Part shown: one piece after another, positions 26,677 through 36,526 of the stretch | Layout: each line of letters begins with the position of its first letter | How positions within the stretch are numbered: position 1 is the first letter of the stretch | Made by a program: the position numbers and the translations under genes | The notes under the pieces: generated by a model | What the model was told of the DNA's origin: nothing | The model's input: the letters and a program-made list of their open reading frames with translations, nothing else | The model's database searches: none | Assembly: GCA_003221995.1 (NCBI GenBank) | Contig: QHUR01000103.1 | Location: forward strand, 1 to 58,828 | Direction of reading: 5' to 3' | DNA: 58,828 nucleotides | DNA from: Gemmatimonadota bacterium | GTDB lineage: Bacteria > Gemmatimonadota > Gemmatimonadetes > Gemmatimonadales > GWC2-71-9

Positions 26677-27705
26677 ATGGCTCTGAGACTGGCGATCGAG
26701 GAGTGCAGGCTCACGACCCGGCACCCGTTCGTCATCTCCCGGGGCTCGACGACCGGCTACCGCCGGGTGTGGGTCCGGGTGATCGACGAGGAGGGCCTGG
26801 AGGGCTGGGGCGAGGCGGATCCCTCCTCCTATTACGGTGAGAACTACGATAGCGTCCGTGCGACGATCGAGCGGCTCGCGCCGCACCTGCCGCGGGACCC
26901 GTTCGATCTGGAAGGCGCCGAGGCGTGCTTCCGTGGCGTCGCCCCTACCCACACCGCCGCCGCCCGCGCCGCCCTGTCCGCCGCGCTGCACGATCTGTGG
27001 GGCAAGCGGCTGGGACAGCCGCTGTGGCGGCTCTGGGGGCTCGACCCCCGGAAGGCACCGCGCTCCTCGTTCACGATCGGGCTCGACACGCCGGAGCAGC
27101 TGCGCGCCAAGGTCGCCGAGGCCGAGGCCTTTCCCGTTCTCAAGATCAAGCTCGGCACGGACCGCGACGAAGCGATCCTGCGCACGGTCCGCGACCTGAC
27201 GGACAAGCCGATCCGCGTGGACGCGAACGCCGGCTGGACGCTGGAGCGCGCCCTGCGCATGCTGCCCATCCTGAAGGAGCACGGTGTGGAGCTGCTCGAG
27301 CAGCCGCTGGCGCCCGAAGACCTCGAGGGCACGGCGCGCGTCACCGCCGCGGCGGGCGACCTGCCCGTGGTCGTCGATGAGAGCTGTCTCGTCGCCTCGG
27401 ACATCCCGCGCCTGGCCGGCAAAGCGGACGGCATCAACATCAAGCTCGCCAAGTGCGGCTCGCTGCGAGAAGCACTGCGGATGGTCGCGGTGGCGCGCGC
27501 CCACGGGATGGTGGTGATGGTGGGCTGCATGATCGAATCGTCGCTCGGTATCACCGCCGCTGCTCACTTCACGCCGCTCGTGGACTACGCGGACCTGGAC
27601 GGCGCGGCGCTGACGGTGGACGACCCATTCGCGGGAGCGACCATCGACGGCGGGCAGATCCGCCTGCCGGTCGAGCCGGGGCTGGGTGTGAAGAGGCGCG
27701 AGTGA
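26677..27705 (+). CDS. Dipeptide (L-Ala-D/L-Glu) epimerase, enolase superfamily
   Basis: 342-aa ORF with VLKIKLG, IRVDANAGW, LLEQPL, VVVDES and INIKLAKCG, the metal and acid/base residue pattern of MLE-subgroup epimerases. Confidence 0.85.
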   Translation: MALRLAIEECRLTTRHPFVISRGSTTGYRRVWVRVIDEEGLEGWGEADPSSYYGENYDSVRATIERLAPHLPRDPFDLEGAEACFRGVAPTHTAAARAALSAALHDLWGKRLGQPLWRLWGLDPRKAPRSSFTIGLDTPEQLRAKVAEAEAFPVLKIKLGTDRDEAILRTVRDLTDKPIRVDANAGWTLERALRMLPILKEHGVELLEQPLAPEDLEGTARVTAAAGDLPVVVDESCLVASDIPRLAGKADGINIKLAKCGSLREALRMVAVARAHGMVVMVGCMIESSLGITAAAHFTPLVDYADLDGAALTVDDPFAGATIDGGQIRLPVEPGLGVKRRE

Positions 27706-30014
27706 ACGGAGGGAGTGTGGCCGAGCCGCGGCTTCAGCCGCGCACCGCGCCCACCACTTCCCGGCCAGGCGATCGCGTGCCCGAGCTCGTCCGCTACGCC
27801 GAGGTCGTCCTCCCACTGCCGGTGGCGCGCCCCTATACCTACGGGATTCCCGACGGACTCGCCGCGCGGGCCGTCCCCGGTGCCCGGGTCGTGGTGCCGC
27901 TGCAGCGGCGCCGGGTCGTGGCGCTCGTCACGGCGGTGGACGTGCCGCCGCCATCGGTCGCGGCGAGGCCGATCCTCGACGCGCCGGACCCGGAGCCGGC
28001 CCTCTCGCCCGCGCTGCTCGAGCTGGGGCGCTGGATCTCGAGGTACTACGGCGCGCCCCTCGGGCTCGCCCTGCGGGCGATCCTCCCCGGCCCCCTGTGG
28101 AGCGTGCAGCGGCCCGCCGGCCCGGCGGCGGTGAGCGAGCGCGTCGTGGTCCTGGCGCAGCCGCTCGGGTCGCTGCTCGAGCGCGAGCGGGCCTTTCGGC
28201 GTGCGCCGCGACGCCGCGCGGCCTACGAGGCGCTGGAGGCGCTGGGCGGATCGGCGCCGGTGCGCCACCTCGTCGACCAGCTGAAGCTCTCCCCGGCGGT
28301 CCTGGACGGGTTGGTGCAGCAGGGACTCGCCCGCGTCGAGCGCGTGGCCGCGGTACGCGATCCGTTCGCCGGGCTGTCCTCCCCCCCGCCCCCGGTGCTC
28401 ACGGAGGACCAGCGGCGGGTCGTGGACCTGATCCTCGCCGGGCCGCCGGATGTGCCCGTGCTGGTGCACGGCGTCACGGGCTCGGGGAAGACCCTGGTCT
28501 ATCTCGAAGTGCTGCGGAGCGTCGTGGCGTCCGGGCATGGCGCCATTCTGCTCGTCCCAGAGATCGCGCTGACGCCGCAGACCGTGGCACGGGTGCGGGG
28601 AGTGTTCGGCGACCAGGTGGCCGTCCTGCATTCGGGGCTCTCGGACGGCGAGCGGGCGGACGCGTGGCGCGCGCTGCGCCGCGGGGAGCGCCGCGTGGCG
28701 GTGGGCCCCCGCTCCGCGGTGTTCGCACCGGTCCAGCGGCTCGGGGCGATCGTCGTGGACGAGGAGCACGAGCCGAGCTACAAGCAGGGAATGGCGCCGC
28801 GCTACCACGCACGCGACGCCGCGCTGGTGCGGGCGCGGCTCGAAAAGGGGGGGGCGCGACTGCTGTTCGGTAGCGCGACGCCGTCGCTCGAAACGCTGCA
28901 CCTAGCTCGAACGGGCCGGATTCACACCTTCGAGCTGCCGCAGCGCATCGGGGCGCGGCCGCTGCCGCCCGTCGACGTCATCGACCTGCGCACGGCGCCG
29001 CGCGTCGCGGACGCGCGGGGCGTGCCATGGTCCGAGGCGCTCGATGCTGCGGTAGCGGGCGCGCTGGGGCGGGGCGAGCAGGTGATCCTGCTGCTCAACC
29101 GCCGGGGGTTCGCCACCTTCCTCCAGTGCCCGCACTGCGGCGACGTGCCGGCCTGCCCCCATTGCGCCATCGCGCTCACGGTCCACCAGGCGCCACCCGC
29201 CCTCCGCTGCCATTACTGCGGGCACGAGGAGCCGATTCCGAGCTCCTGCCGCCAGTGTGGCCACGAGACCCAGCGCATGCGGGGGCTCGGCACCCAGCAA
29301 CTTGAGCACTTCGTGGGCCTGCGGTTTCCGGCGGCGCGGGTCGCGCGGATGGACCTCGACACGACGAGCACGAAGTGGGCGCACCACCGGATCCTCGAGC
29401 GCGTGGGGCGGGGGGACGTGGACATCCTGCTCGGCACCCAGATGATCGCGAAGGGGCTGGATTTCCCGAATGTCACGGTGGTCGGCGTGGTGGACGCGGA
29501 CACCGGGCTCCATCTGCCCGACTTTCGGGCCGCTGAGCGCACCTTCCAGCTCGTGGCCCAGGTTGCCGGCCGGGCGGGGCGGGGGCCGAAGGGCGGCCGG
29601 GTGTTCGTGCAGACCCGGGCGCCCGAGCACCACGCGATCCGGGCGGCGGCGGCCCATTCCGTGGTCGCATTCGCCGCGGCGGAGCTGCCGCTGCGGGCGC
29701 CGCCTGGTCCGGCGTACCCGCCGCACCTCGGCCTGGCGCGGTTCGTGGCGAGCGGCACGGACGCCGGGGGCACGCAGCAGGCGGCCGAGCGCCTGGCCGC
29801 CTGGCTCCGCCGGGCGAACAGCGAGCGGCTGGGTGACGTGCTCACGGTCCTCGGACCCGCGCCCTGTCCGATCGAGCGGCTCAAAGGGCGCTGGCGGTGG
29901 CACGTGCTCGTGAAATCGACCGAGGCGCGGGCGATCGGCCGCGTGGTGCGCGCGTGGAGCGCGCGGGCGCGCCGCGCGGTGGTGGTCGATCGCGATCCGG
30001 TGTCGCTCTTGTGA
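27702..30014 (+). CDS. priA: Primosomal replication restart helicase PriA
   Basis: Walker A GVTGSGKT, DEEH, and the Cys-rich insert CPHCGDVPACPHCAIALTVH...CHYCGH...CRQCGH. GTGA overlap with the epimerase gene (alternative GTG 27717). It is the 3' part of track ORF 27453..30014. Confidence 0.93.
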   Translation: MNGGSVAEPRLQPRTAPTTSRPGDRVPELVRYAEVVLPLPVARPYTYGIPDGLAARAVPGARVVVPLQRRRVVALVTAVDVPPPSVAARPILDAPDPEPALSPALLELGRWISRYYGAPLGLALRAILPGPLWSVQRPAGPAAVSERVVVLAQPLGSLLERERAFRRAPRRRAAYEALEALGGSAPVRHLVDQLKLSPAVLDGLVQQGLARVERVAAVRDPFAGLSSPPPPVLTEDQRRVVDLILAGPPDVPVLVHGVTGSGKTLVYLEVLRSVVASGHGAILLVPEIALTPQTVARVRGVFGDQVAVLHSGLSDGERADAWRALRRGERRVAVGPRSAVFAPVQRLGAIVVDEEHEPSYKQGMAPRYHARDAALVRARLEKGGARLLFGSATPSLETLHLARTGRIHTFELPQRIGARPLPPVDVIDLRTAPRVADARGVPWSEALDAAVAGALGRGEQVILLLNRRGFATFLQCPHCGDVPACPHCAIALTVHQAPPALRCHYCGHEEPIPSSCRQCGHETQRMRGLGTQQLEHFVGLRFPAARVARMDLDTTSTKWAHHRILERVGRGDVDILLGTQMIAKGLDFPNVTVVGVVDADTGLHLPDFRAAERTFQLVAQVAGRAGRGPKGGRVFVQTRAPEHHAIRAAAAHSVVAFAAAELPLRAPPGPAYPPHLGLARFVASGTDAGGTQQAAERLAAWLRRANSERLGDVLTVLGPAPCPIERLKGRWRWHVLVKSTEARAIGRVVRAWSARARRAVVVDRDPVSLL

Positions 30015-30036
30015 ATGCGCATGCGGCATTTAGCTT
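30009..30036 (+). promoter_or_regulatory. Promoter-like TTGTGA-N16-TAGCTT, 9 nt before GTG 30046
   Basis: The -35-like hexamer overlaps the priA stop. The -10-like hexamer is at 30031-30036. Confidence 0.35.
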
Positions 30037-30045
30037 TGTCACTCT

Positions 30046-31173
30046 GTGACCACTCGGCCCCGCTTTCAGTACCGACCACCGAACTTCGATGCGCCCCCGC
30101 TCTCGGAGGCACCCGACGCGCGCTTCGAGCCCGCACCCGCCGACGGGGTCCTTCCCGACGGTTTTTTTTCGACCACGAACCTTCCGACCTACGTCAAGGT
30201 GGCGGGCGCATGGCGGCGCCCGCGGCTCCCCCGGATGGACTGCGTGGTCGTCCTGCACCCGCACGGCGACCTCGTGGTGACCGAGCCGCGCCGGGTGGCG
30301 CAGGGCGCGCCGGTCGCCGTCGGCGCGGCGGAGGACGGTAGCCAGGGCATCTACGTCCACGTCGAGGGCTTCCTCGGCGGCAGTCACAGCGCCAACGAGT
30401 TCCGCTTCATGCAGACGGAGGTGTCCCGCGAGCGGCCGGCGGACTACGGCCTGCTGGCACAGCTACTGGGCGAAGAGCAGCAGCGCGGTGGCAAGACTCT
30501 CTGGGTCGTGGGGCCCGCGCTGGTGCACGCCCGGGCGCGCGAAGACCTGATCTGGTTCATCCGCAACGGCTACGTGAGCGCGCTGCTCGGCGGCAACGCG
30601 GTCGCGGTGCACGACCTCGAGGCCGCGATCTTCGGCACCACGCTGGGCATGTCGAGCAGCGGCGAAGGGGTCGAGGGCGGTCACGCGCTCCACATGCGCG
30701 CCATCAACACCATCCGTCGAGCCGGTGGGATCGCCCGGGCGGTGGAGCGGGGGATCGTGAAGGCGGGGATCATGCACGCCCTCGTGGAGCACCGCGTCCC
30801 CTTCGTGCTGGCGGGCTCGATCCGCGACGACGGGCCGCTCCCCGAGGTGTTGAGCGATACGCTCGCCGCCCAGGACGCGATGCGGCAGCACACGGCGCAG
30901 GCGACCTTCGCCGTGTTCGTCGCGACGGCGCTGCACGCCATCGCGGTCGGCAACATGCTCCCGGCGTTCGTGGATGCTCCCACCCCGGACGGCATCCGGC
31001 CGCTCACGACCATCTGCGTGGATCAGACGGAGTTCGTGGTGACGAAGCTCAAGGACCGCGGCACGCACCAGGCGTACGGCGTCGTCACGAACGCCCAGGA
31101 CTTCATGCACGTGCTGCGCTTCTACGTGGAGCGATGGCAGCAGGCCCAGACTCCCGCCTCCCTGGTCCGCTGA
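30046..31173 (+). CDS. Conserved protein resembling the LOR/SDH-type (TIGR00300-like, archaeal-type ornithine cyclodeaminase-like) family; function uncertain
   Basis: 375-aa ORF with high GC3. My family assignment rests on recollection of the pattern (...[10 protein letters not shown]...[11 protein letters not shown]...[12 protein letters not shown]...) and on adjacency to pdaD. It needs an HMM check. Confidence 0.5.
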   Translation: MTTRPRFQYRPPNFDAPPLSEAPDARFEPAPADGVLPDGFFSTTNLPTYVKVAGAWRRPRLPRMDCVVVLHPHGDLVVTEPRRVAQGAPVAVGAAEDGSQGIYVHVEGFLGGSHSANEFRFMQTEVSRERPADYGLLAQLLGEEQQRGGKTLWVVGPALVHARAREDLIWFIRNGYVSALLGGNAVAVHDLEAAIFGTTLGMSSSGEGVEGGHALHMRAINTIRRAGGIARAVERGIVKAGIMHALVEHRVPFVLAGSIRDDGPLPEVLSDTLAAQDAMRQHTAQATFAVFVATALHAIAVGNMLPAFVDAPTPDGIRPLTTICVDQTEFVVTKLKDRGTHQAYGVVTNAQDFMHVLRFYVERWQQAQTPASLVR

Positions 31174-31547
31174 CGCCCGGGCAGGGCCCGGGCTGGGCGA
31201 AGCTGGCGGAGGCGGTGGCGGCCTGCGTGCCGCCGGCCGAGATCGACACGATCTACCTGTTCCGCCCGCTCAAGCGCGAGGGGCGGGAATGGGGCACGGC
31301 GGTCGTCACCCGGCGGCCAACGGAGCCCGGCGGCCGGTTGCGGGTTTACACGGCGCGCTACATGCTGATCGTGCGTGGCAAGGAGCGCGGCCAGTCGAAG
31401 ACCGAGGTGGCGGAGACCGCGCTCACGCCGGCGGAGGTGCTGGAGCGGGTCGTACAGGCGACCGCCGATCGCACGGGGGATCCCGAGCCGCCGATCGCCG
31501 CCGGGCCATCGGTGTGGTACGAAAGCTCAGAGGAGGTGACGGGTTGA
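31134..31547 (+). CDS. Hypothetical 137-aa protein (start uncertain)
   Basis: ORF between the LOR/SDH-like gene and pdaD. ATG 31134 overlaps the upstream gene by 40 nt; the alternative is GTG 31215. Its stop overlaps the pdaD TTG (TTGA). No motif recognised. Confidence 0.5.
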   Translation: MAAGPDSRLPGPLTPGQGPGWAKLAEAVAACVPPAEIDTIYLFRPLKREGREWGTAVVTRRPTEPGGRLRVYTARYMLIVRGKERGQSKTEVAETALTPAEVLERVVQATADRTGDPEPPIAAGPSVWYESSEEVTG

Positions 31548-32104
31548 TCGACTCACGCATGTTCGTGCCGACCAAGGCCTTCCTGACCAAGGGCGTCGGC
31601 CGGCACAAGGAGAAGCTCACCAGCTTCGAGATGTCGCTCCGGGATGCCCATCTCGCCAACTTCAACCTCGTGCGCGTCAGCTCGATCTTTCCACCCCATT
31701 GCGAGCTGATGGACCGGGAGGAGGGGCTGTCGCTGCTGAAACCCGGCCAGGTGGTGTTCGCCGTCATCGCCGAGTCGTCGACGAACGAGCCGAGCCGGCT
31801 CGTGTCGGCCTCGATCGGCGTCGCGATGCCCGCCGACGCGACCCACCACGGCTACATCTCCGAACACCACAGCTACGGCCAGAACGAGATGGCCGCCGGC
31901 GAGTACGCGGAGGACCTCGCCGCGTCTATGCTCGCCACCGTGCTGGGGGTGCCGTTCGACCCGGAGAAGGCGTGGGACGAGCGCCGCGAGCAGTGGTTGC
32001 TCTCCGGTGAGATCGTGCGCACGATGAACGTCACCTCCGCCGCCGAATGCGGCGACGACGGGCGCTGGACGACCGTGGTCTCGGCCGTGTGCTTCTGCGG
32101 CTGA
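31544..32104 (+). CDS. pdaD: Pyruvoyl-dependent arginine decarboxylase
   Basis: [12 protein letters not shown] (self-cleavage Ser-Ser context) plus a PvlArgDC-like sequence overall. TTG 31544 is preceded by AGGAGG at 31531-31536 (7-nt spacer). It is the 3' part of track ORF 31289..32104. Confidence 0.88.
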   Translation: MIDSRMFVPTKAFLTKGVGRHKEKLTSFEMSLRDAHLANFNLVRVSSIFPPHCELMDREEGLSLLKPGQVVFAVIAESSTNEPSRLVSASIGVAMPADATHHGYISEHHSYGQNEMAAGEYAEDLAASMLATVLGVPFDPEKAWDERREQWLLSGEIVRTMNVTSAAECGDDGRWTTVVSAVCFCG

Positions 32105-32841
32105 TCGCCGCACCCGACGCCGCCGGCGGCGTTTCCTTCGGCCTGGCGTTCGCGGCGGGGCTCCTGAGCTTTCTCTCGCCCTGCGTCCTGCCCCTCATCC
32201 CGAGCTACGTCGGCTTCCTCACCGGCCTGTCGCTGGAGGAGGTGCAGGCGCGGCGCGGCACGGCGCTGCTGCACGCGGTGTGGTTCGTCGCCGGGTTCTC
32301 GCTCATCTTCCTGGCCCTCGGCGCCACGGCGTCCGCCCTCGGGCGGCTACTCCTCCACTACCAGGTGTGGATCGGGCGCGTGGGAGGCGTCCTGGTCGTC
32401 GGATTCGGTCTCTACCTGCTGGGAGTGCTGCGGCCAGCTTTCCTGATGCGGGAGCGCCGCCTCGAGCTCGCCCGCAAGCCGCTCGGCTATCTCGGCTCGG
32501 GCGTCGTTGGGGTAGCCTTCGGCGCGGCCTGGACCCCCTGCGTAGGACCGATCCTCGGCGCGATCCTCACCCTCGCGGCCGCCCAAGCGAGCATCGGGCA
32601 GGGTGTCGCGTTGCTCGCCGCGTATGCGCTCGGGCTCGCCGTGCCGTTCCTAATCACGGCCTACGCCCTGGACCGCTTCCTCACCTGGTTCCAGCGCTTT
32701 CGCCCCTACATCGTGTGGGTGGACCGCACCGCGGGCGCGCTGCTGTTGCTGCTCGGCGTGCTGCTGCTCACAGATCGCTTCACGCTCATCGCCAGCTACC
32801 TGCAGGGACTGACACCGCAGTTCCTGAAGAGCCGGTTGTGA
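32089..32841 (+). CDS. ccdA: Cytochrome c biogenesis / thiol-disulfide transporter CcdA (DsbD-beta family)
   Basis: [20 protein letters not shown] and a second PC motif ([13 protein letters not shown]), with 6 TM segments. GTG 32089 is preferred; the track start ATG 32047 overlaps pdaD by 58 nt. Confidence 0.85.
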   Translation: MLLRLIAAPDAAGGVSFGLAFAAGLLSFLSPCVLPLIPSYVGFLTGLSLEEVQARRGTALLHAVWFVAGFSLIFLALGATASALGRLLLHYQVWIGRVGGVLVVGFGLYLLGVLRPAFLMRERRLELARKPLGYLGSGVVGVAFGAAWTPCVGPILGAILTLAAAQASIGQGVALLAAYALGLAVPFLITAYALDRFLTWFQRFRPYIVWVDRTAGALLLLLGVLLLTDRFTLIASYLQGLTPQFLKSRL

Positions 32842-32922
32842 GGCGGGGAGAAGCAATGGTAATACAACTCGAGAGGCGACTCGCCTATATTAGGTGCCAG
32901 CGATCCCTGATAGAGGTGACAA

Positions 32923-33696
32923 ATGAGGATTCTACAGAAGCACTGGTCATATCTCGCAGTCGCTCTCGCCGCCACCGCATTCGCCTGCGTCAAAGGCGAG
33001 CAGTCGGCGCAGCGGGCCGACTCGACCGCGCGCAACCTGACCCTTGCGCCGACGGAGTCGTCGGCGGCGATGAAGGACGTGCCGGCCGCGCAGCCGGCGC
33101 AACCTGAGAAGAAGGCCACGACCCCCGCCACCAAGGCCCCGACTCCCAAGCCCGCGGCCCCGACCACGCTGACCCTCGCGGCCGGGACGCGGGTCGGGCT
33201 CGCCGCGAGCGATTCGATCAGCACGCGATCGGCCAAGGCTGGCGACGCGTTCACTGCCACGGTCGGCCACGACGTGAAGGACGCCGCCGGGCACGTCGTG
33301 ATCCCCGCGGGGTCGAGGGTCGAAGGGACGATCACGGCCGCCGAGCCGGCGCCCAATCCCAACTCGAGCGGCAAGATCGAGCTCGCCGTCAAGAGCGTTA
33401 CTGTTCGGGGGACGAGCTATCCCGTGGACGCGACCGTCGTCTCGAAGGACACGGTGATGCAGGGCCGCGGCGTCACGGGCGCCGACGCCGCGAAGGTCGC
33501 GGGGGGTGCCGCCATCGGCGCCATCGCCGGCCGGCTGCTCGGCAAGAACGCGAAGGGCGCGGTGGTCGGAGGAGCCGCGGGCGCAGCCGCCGGCGCCGTC
33601 GCCGCCAGCAAGTCGCGGGACATCGACGTGGTGATTCCCAAGGGTGCCGCCATCACCATCAAGCTGGACAAGCCGCTGACGGTGAAGCGGGTCTAA
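32923..33696 (+). CDS. Lipoprotein with Pro/Ala/Lys-rich linker and C-terminal glycine-zipper segment
   Basis: Lipobox-like LAATAFAC. Glycine zipper GGAAIGAIAGRLLG...GGAAGAAAGAVAA. SD GAGGTGA lies 4 nt upstream of the ATG. Confidence 0.7.
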   Translation: MRILQKHWSYLAVALAATAFACVKGEQSAQRADSTARNLTLAPTESSAAMKDVPAAQPAQPEKKATTPATKAPTPKPAAPTTLTLAAGTRVGLAASDSISTRSAKAGDAFTATVGHDVKDAAGHVVIPAGSRVEGTITAAEPAPNPNSSGKIELAVKSVTVRGTSYPVDATVVSKDTVMQGRGVTGADAAKVAGGAAIGAIAGRLLGKNAKGAVVGGAAGAAAGAVAASKSRDIDVVIPKGAAITIKLDKPLTVKRV

Positions 33697-33704
33697 CCGG
33701 CATT

Positions 33705-35516
33705 TCAGTATCCTGCTGCGCCGCCGCCGCGCCTGGGATCGGCCACCCCGACCCAGCCGGCGGCGGTTCGCATGATGGCGTTCACGTCCGTCTTGAAGCC
33801 CCAGGCACTCACCTGGTGGCCCATCGCCTCGAGGGAATCGAGGGACGCCGGCACGAAGCCCGCCCGCTCCACGTGGATCAAATCGGGCAGCGCCTGGTGA
33901 TGCAGGCGCGGGGCCGCCACCGCATCGGCGAGCGGCATCTCCTGATCGATCACGTTGCTGATCACCTGATACACGGCCGTGGGGATGCGGGAGCCGCCGG
34001 GGGAGCCGAGCACGAGCAACAGGCTCCCTCGCGGATCGAGCACGATTGAGGGCGTCATCGCCGACAGCATGCGTTTTCCCGGCGCGATCGCGTTCGCCTC
34101 CCCCTGCACCAGGCCGTACAGGTTGGGCTTCCCCGGCGCGGTCGCGAAATCGTCCATTTCGTCGTTGAGCAGGAACCCCGCGCCGGTGACGGTCACCGCG
34201 CTCCCGAAGTCATTGTTGAGCGTGGTGGTGCAGGAGACGGCGCCGCCCTCCGGGTCCACGATGGAATAATGTGTCGTGCTCGTGTCCTCTTCCGCTTCCA
34301 CCACCGGAGTTGACGCCGCCCTGGTCGCTCGGCCCGGATCGATCGCGGCGCGGAGCTCGGCCGCGTAGGACTTGCTCACCAGCCGCTTGAGCGGCAGCGC
34401 GACGAAGTCGGGGTCGCCGAGGAAGGCGTTGCGGTCGGCGTACGCGCGGCGCATCGCCTCCGCTTGGAGGTGCAGCAGCCGCGCGCTGCCGAACGCGGGC
34501 AGCGAGCCGAAGCCTTCCATGGTGTTGAGGATCTCGGCCAGCGTGACGCCGCCGCCGGAGGGTGGCGGCATGGTGTAGATGGTGTAGCCGCGGTAGTCGA
34601 TCTGGAGCGGGGCGCGCCACTTGGCCCGGTAGCGTGCGAGGTCGTCCCGCGTGATCAGTCCGCCACCCCGCTCCATCTCGCGCACCAGCAGCTCGGCGAT
34701 CTGCCCGCGGTAGAACACCTTGGGCCCGCTGTCGGCGATGAGCTCGAGCGTGTGGGCCAGCTCGGCTTGCACGAAGCGCGTGCCGGCCGGTGGCGCCTCG
34801 CCGATCCGGAGAAACTGCGCGCGCGAGGCGGGGAAGCGGGCGAGCCGCGATGCCTCGCGGGCGATCTGGTGGCTGCGCGGGCCGTCCAGCACGTGCCCGT
34901 CGCGGGCCAGGACAATCGCGGGAGCGACGAGGTCTTTCCACCTCAGCTTGCCGTACTTGCGATGCGCTTCCCACAGTCCCGCGACGCTCCCCGGCACGCC
35001 GACCGAGAGGTGACCGGTGAGCGACGAGGCGGCGGGCTTCCCGGTCGAGTCCACGTACATCCCGGGTGTCGCGCGCTGCGGCGCGGCTTCGCGGTAGTCG
35101 AGGGCGCGCACCGTCCCGCCCGGGTCGCGGATCAGCATGAACCCGCCGCCGCCGATGTTCCCGGCCACGGGCTCGACGACGGCCAGCGCGAACGCGACCG
35201 CGACCGCCGCATCCACGGCGTTGCCGCCGCGCCGCAGGATCTCCACGCCGACGTCGCTCGCGAGCGGATGTCCGGAGACGACCATCGCCTGCCGGCCTTC
35301 GACCGGCTTCGCGCGCCCCGCGAGCGGCCAGCCGCTCGCGATGAGGGCGCGGCGCGTGATGCGCGCGGTGGCGGGTCCTGCGGCGGGGCCCACGGCCGGC
35401 GCCGGCGCGGCGGGCGGCGTCGCACCCGACGGTGCGGGCGCGGGCTGCGGCGCCGGCACACTGGAGCTCGCACAGGCGCCGAGCAGGACGAAGGTGACGA
35501 CGAGCGGCATGCGCAT
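33705..35516 (-). CDS. ggt: Gamma-glutamyltranspeptidase
   Basis: 603-aa ORF with signal peptide, the autoprocessing-site context TSTTHYSIVD, and GSPGGSRI. Confidence 0.95.
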   Translation of the reverse strand: MRMPLVVTFVLLGACASSSVPAPQPAPAPSGATPPAAPAPAVGPAAGPATARITRRALIASGWPLAGRAKPVEGRQAMVVSGHPLASDVGVEILRRGGNAVDAAVAVAFALAVVEPVAGNIGGGGFMLIRDPGGTVRALDYREAAPQRATPGMYVDSTGKPAASSLTGHLSVGVPGSVAGLWEAHRKYGKLRWKDLVAPAIVLARDGHVLDGPRSHQIAREASRLARFPASRAQFLRIGEAPPAGTRFVQAELAHTLELIADSGPKVFYRGQIAELLVREMERGGGLITRDDLARYRAKWRAPLQIDYRGYTIYTMPPPSGGGVTLAEILNTMEGFGSLPAFGSARLLHLQAEAMRRAYADRNAFLGDPDFVALPLKRLVSKSYAAELRAAIDPGRATRAASTPVVEAEEDTSTTHYSIVDPEGGAVSCTTTLNNDFGSAVTVTGAGFLLNDEMDDFATAPGKPNLYGLVQGEANAIAPGKRMLSAMTPSIVLDPRGSLLLVLGSPGGSRIPTAVYQVISNVIDQEMPLADAVAAPRLHHQALPDLIHVERAGFVPASLDSLEAMGHQVSAWGFKTDVNAIMRTAAGWVGVADPRRGGGAAGY

Positions 35517-35523
35517 GAGTCAT

Positions 35524-35553
35524 ATTGTGTACGTTGACCCGAGCCGCGGTCAA
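35524..35553 (-). promoter_or_regulatory. Promoter-like TTGACC-N18-CACAAT (minus strand), 7 nt before the ggt ATG
   Basis: The -35 is the right arm of the 9-bp inverted repeat ACGTTGACC/GGTCAACGT. Confidence 0.3.
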
Positions 35554-35563
35554 CGTCTAACTT
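35534..35563 (+). promoter_or_regulatory. Promoter-like TTGACC-N18-TAACTT for murQ-anmK-nagZ
   Basis: The -35 is the left arm of the same inverted repeat. The -10-like hexamer ends 21 nt before ATG 35585. Confidence 0.4.
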
Positions 35564-35584
35564 GGGGGCCACCCGACATCCTTC

Positions 35585-36526
35585 ATGCCCGCGCCCGAGT
35601 ATCTCGATCCCCGTCTCACCGAGCACCGCAATCCGCGAACCGAGCGCATCGACGTCGCCTCGCCGCTCGAGATCGTGGATCTCATTAACAGCGAAGACGC
35701 CACGGTGGCGGCGGCCGTGCACCGGGAGCGTGAGGCGGTGGCGCGCGCGATCGAGCTCACCGTGGCGGCCTTCCAGGGGGGCGGACGCCTCATCTACGTC
35801 GGCGCCGGGACGTCGGGTCGCCTCGGCGTGCTCGACGCCAGCGAATGCCCCCCGACCTTCGGGACACCCCCGGAGCTCGTCGTCGGCGTCATCGCGGGCG
35901 GTCTCCCGGCGCTCGTGAAGAGCCAGGAGGGCGCGGAGGACGACGTCACCGCCGCCGCCGCCGCGATGGACCGCGAGCGCGTGGAGCCGCGGGACTTCGT
36001 CCTGGGCATCGCGGCGAGCGGTACCACGCCGTTCGTGCGGGCGGCGCTGTCCCGCGCGCAGACGCTCGGCGCGGTGACGGGCCTGGTGTCCTGCTCCGAC
36101 CCGCCGCAGCTGCTCACCGGCACCTGCGACGTGCTGATCCTACCCAAGGTGGGGCCCGAGGTGCTGACGGGGTCGACCCGCATGAAGGCGGCGACCGCGA
36201 CCAAGCTCGTGCTGAACACCATCACCACCGGCGCCATGATTCGGATGGGGCGCGCCTACGGCAACCTGATGGTGGACCTGATGGCCTGGAGCGACAAGCT
36301 GCGCGACCGCAGCGAGCGAATCGTGATGGAGTGCTGCCAGGTGGACCGTGGGGCCGCGCGCCGCGCGATCGAGGCCGCGGGAGGCTCGGCAAAGCTCGCG
36401 ATCGTGATGGTGAAAAAAGGCCTCGCCAAAGCCGAGGCGGAGCGCCTGCTGCAGCAGGCGGGCGGGTTCGTGCGGCGCGCGGTCGGCGACCCCCCGCCCG
36501 TGACGGAGGCGCGCGGCCGGCGATGA
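35585..36526 (+). CDS. murQ: N-acetylmuramic acid 6-phosphate etherase
   Basis: 313-aa ORF with LTEHRNPRT, GAGTSGRLGVLDASECPPTFG and GSTRMKAATATK (SIS domain). Confidence 0.92.
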   Translation: MPAPEYLDPRLTEHRNPRTERIDVASPLEIVDLINSEDATVAAAVHREREAVARAIELTVAAFQGGGRLIYVGAGTSGRLGVLDASECPPTFGTPPELVVGVIAGGLPALVKSQEGAEDDVTAAAAAMDRERVEPRDFVLGIAASGTTPFVRAALSRAQTLGAVTGLVSCSDPPQLLTGTCDVLILPKVGPEVLTGSTRMKAATATKLVLNTITTGAMIRMGRAYGNLMVDLMAWSDKLRDRSERIVMECCQVDRGAARRAIEAAGGSAKLAIVMVKKGLAKAEAERLLQQAGGFVRRAVGDPPPVTEARGRR

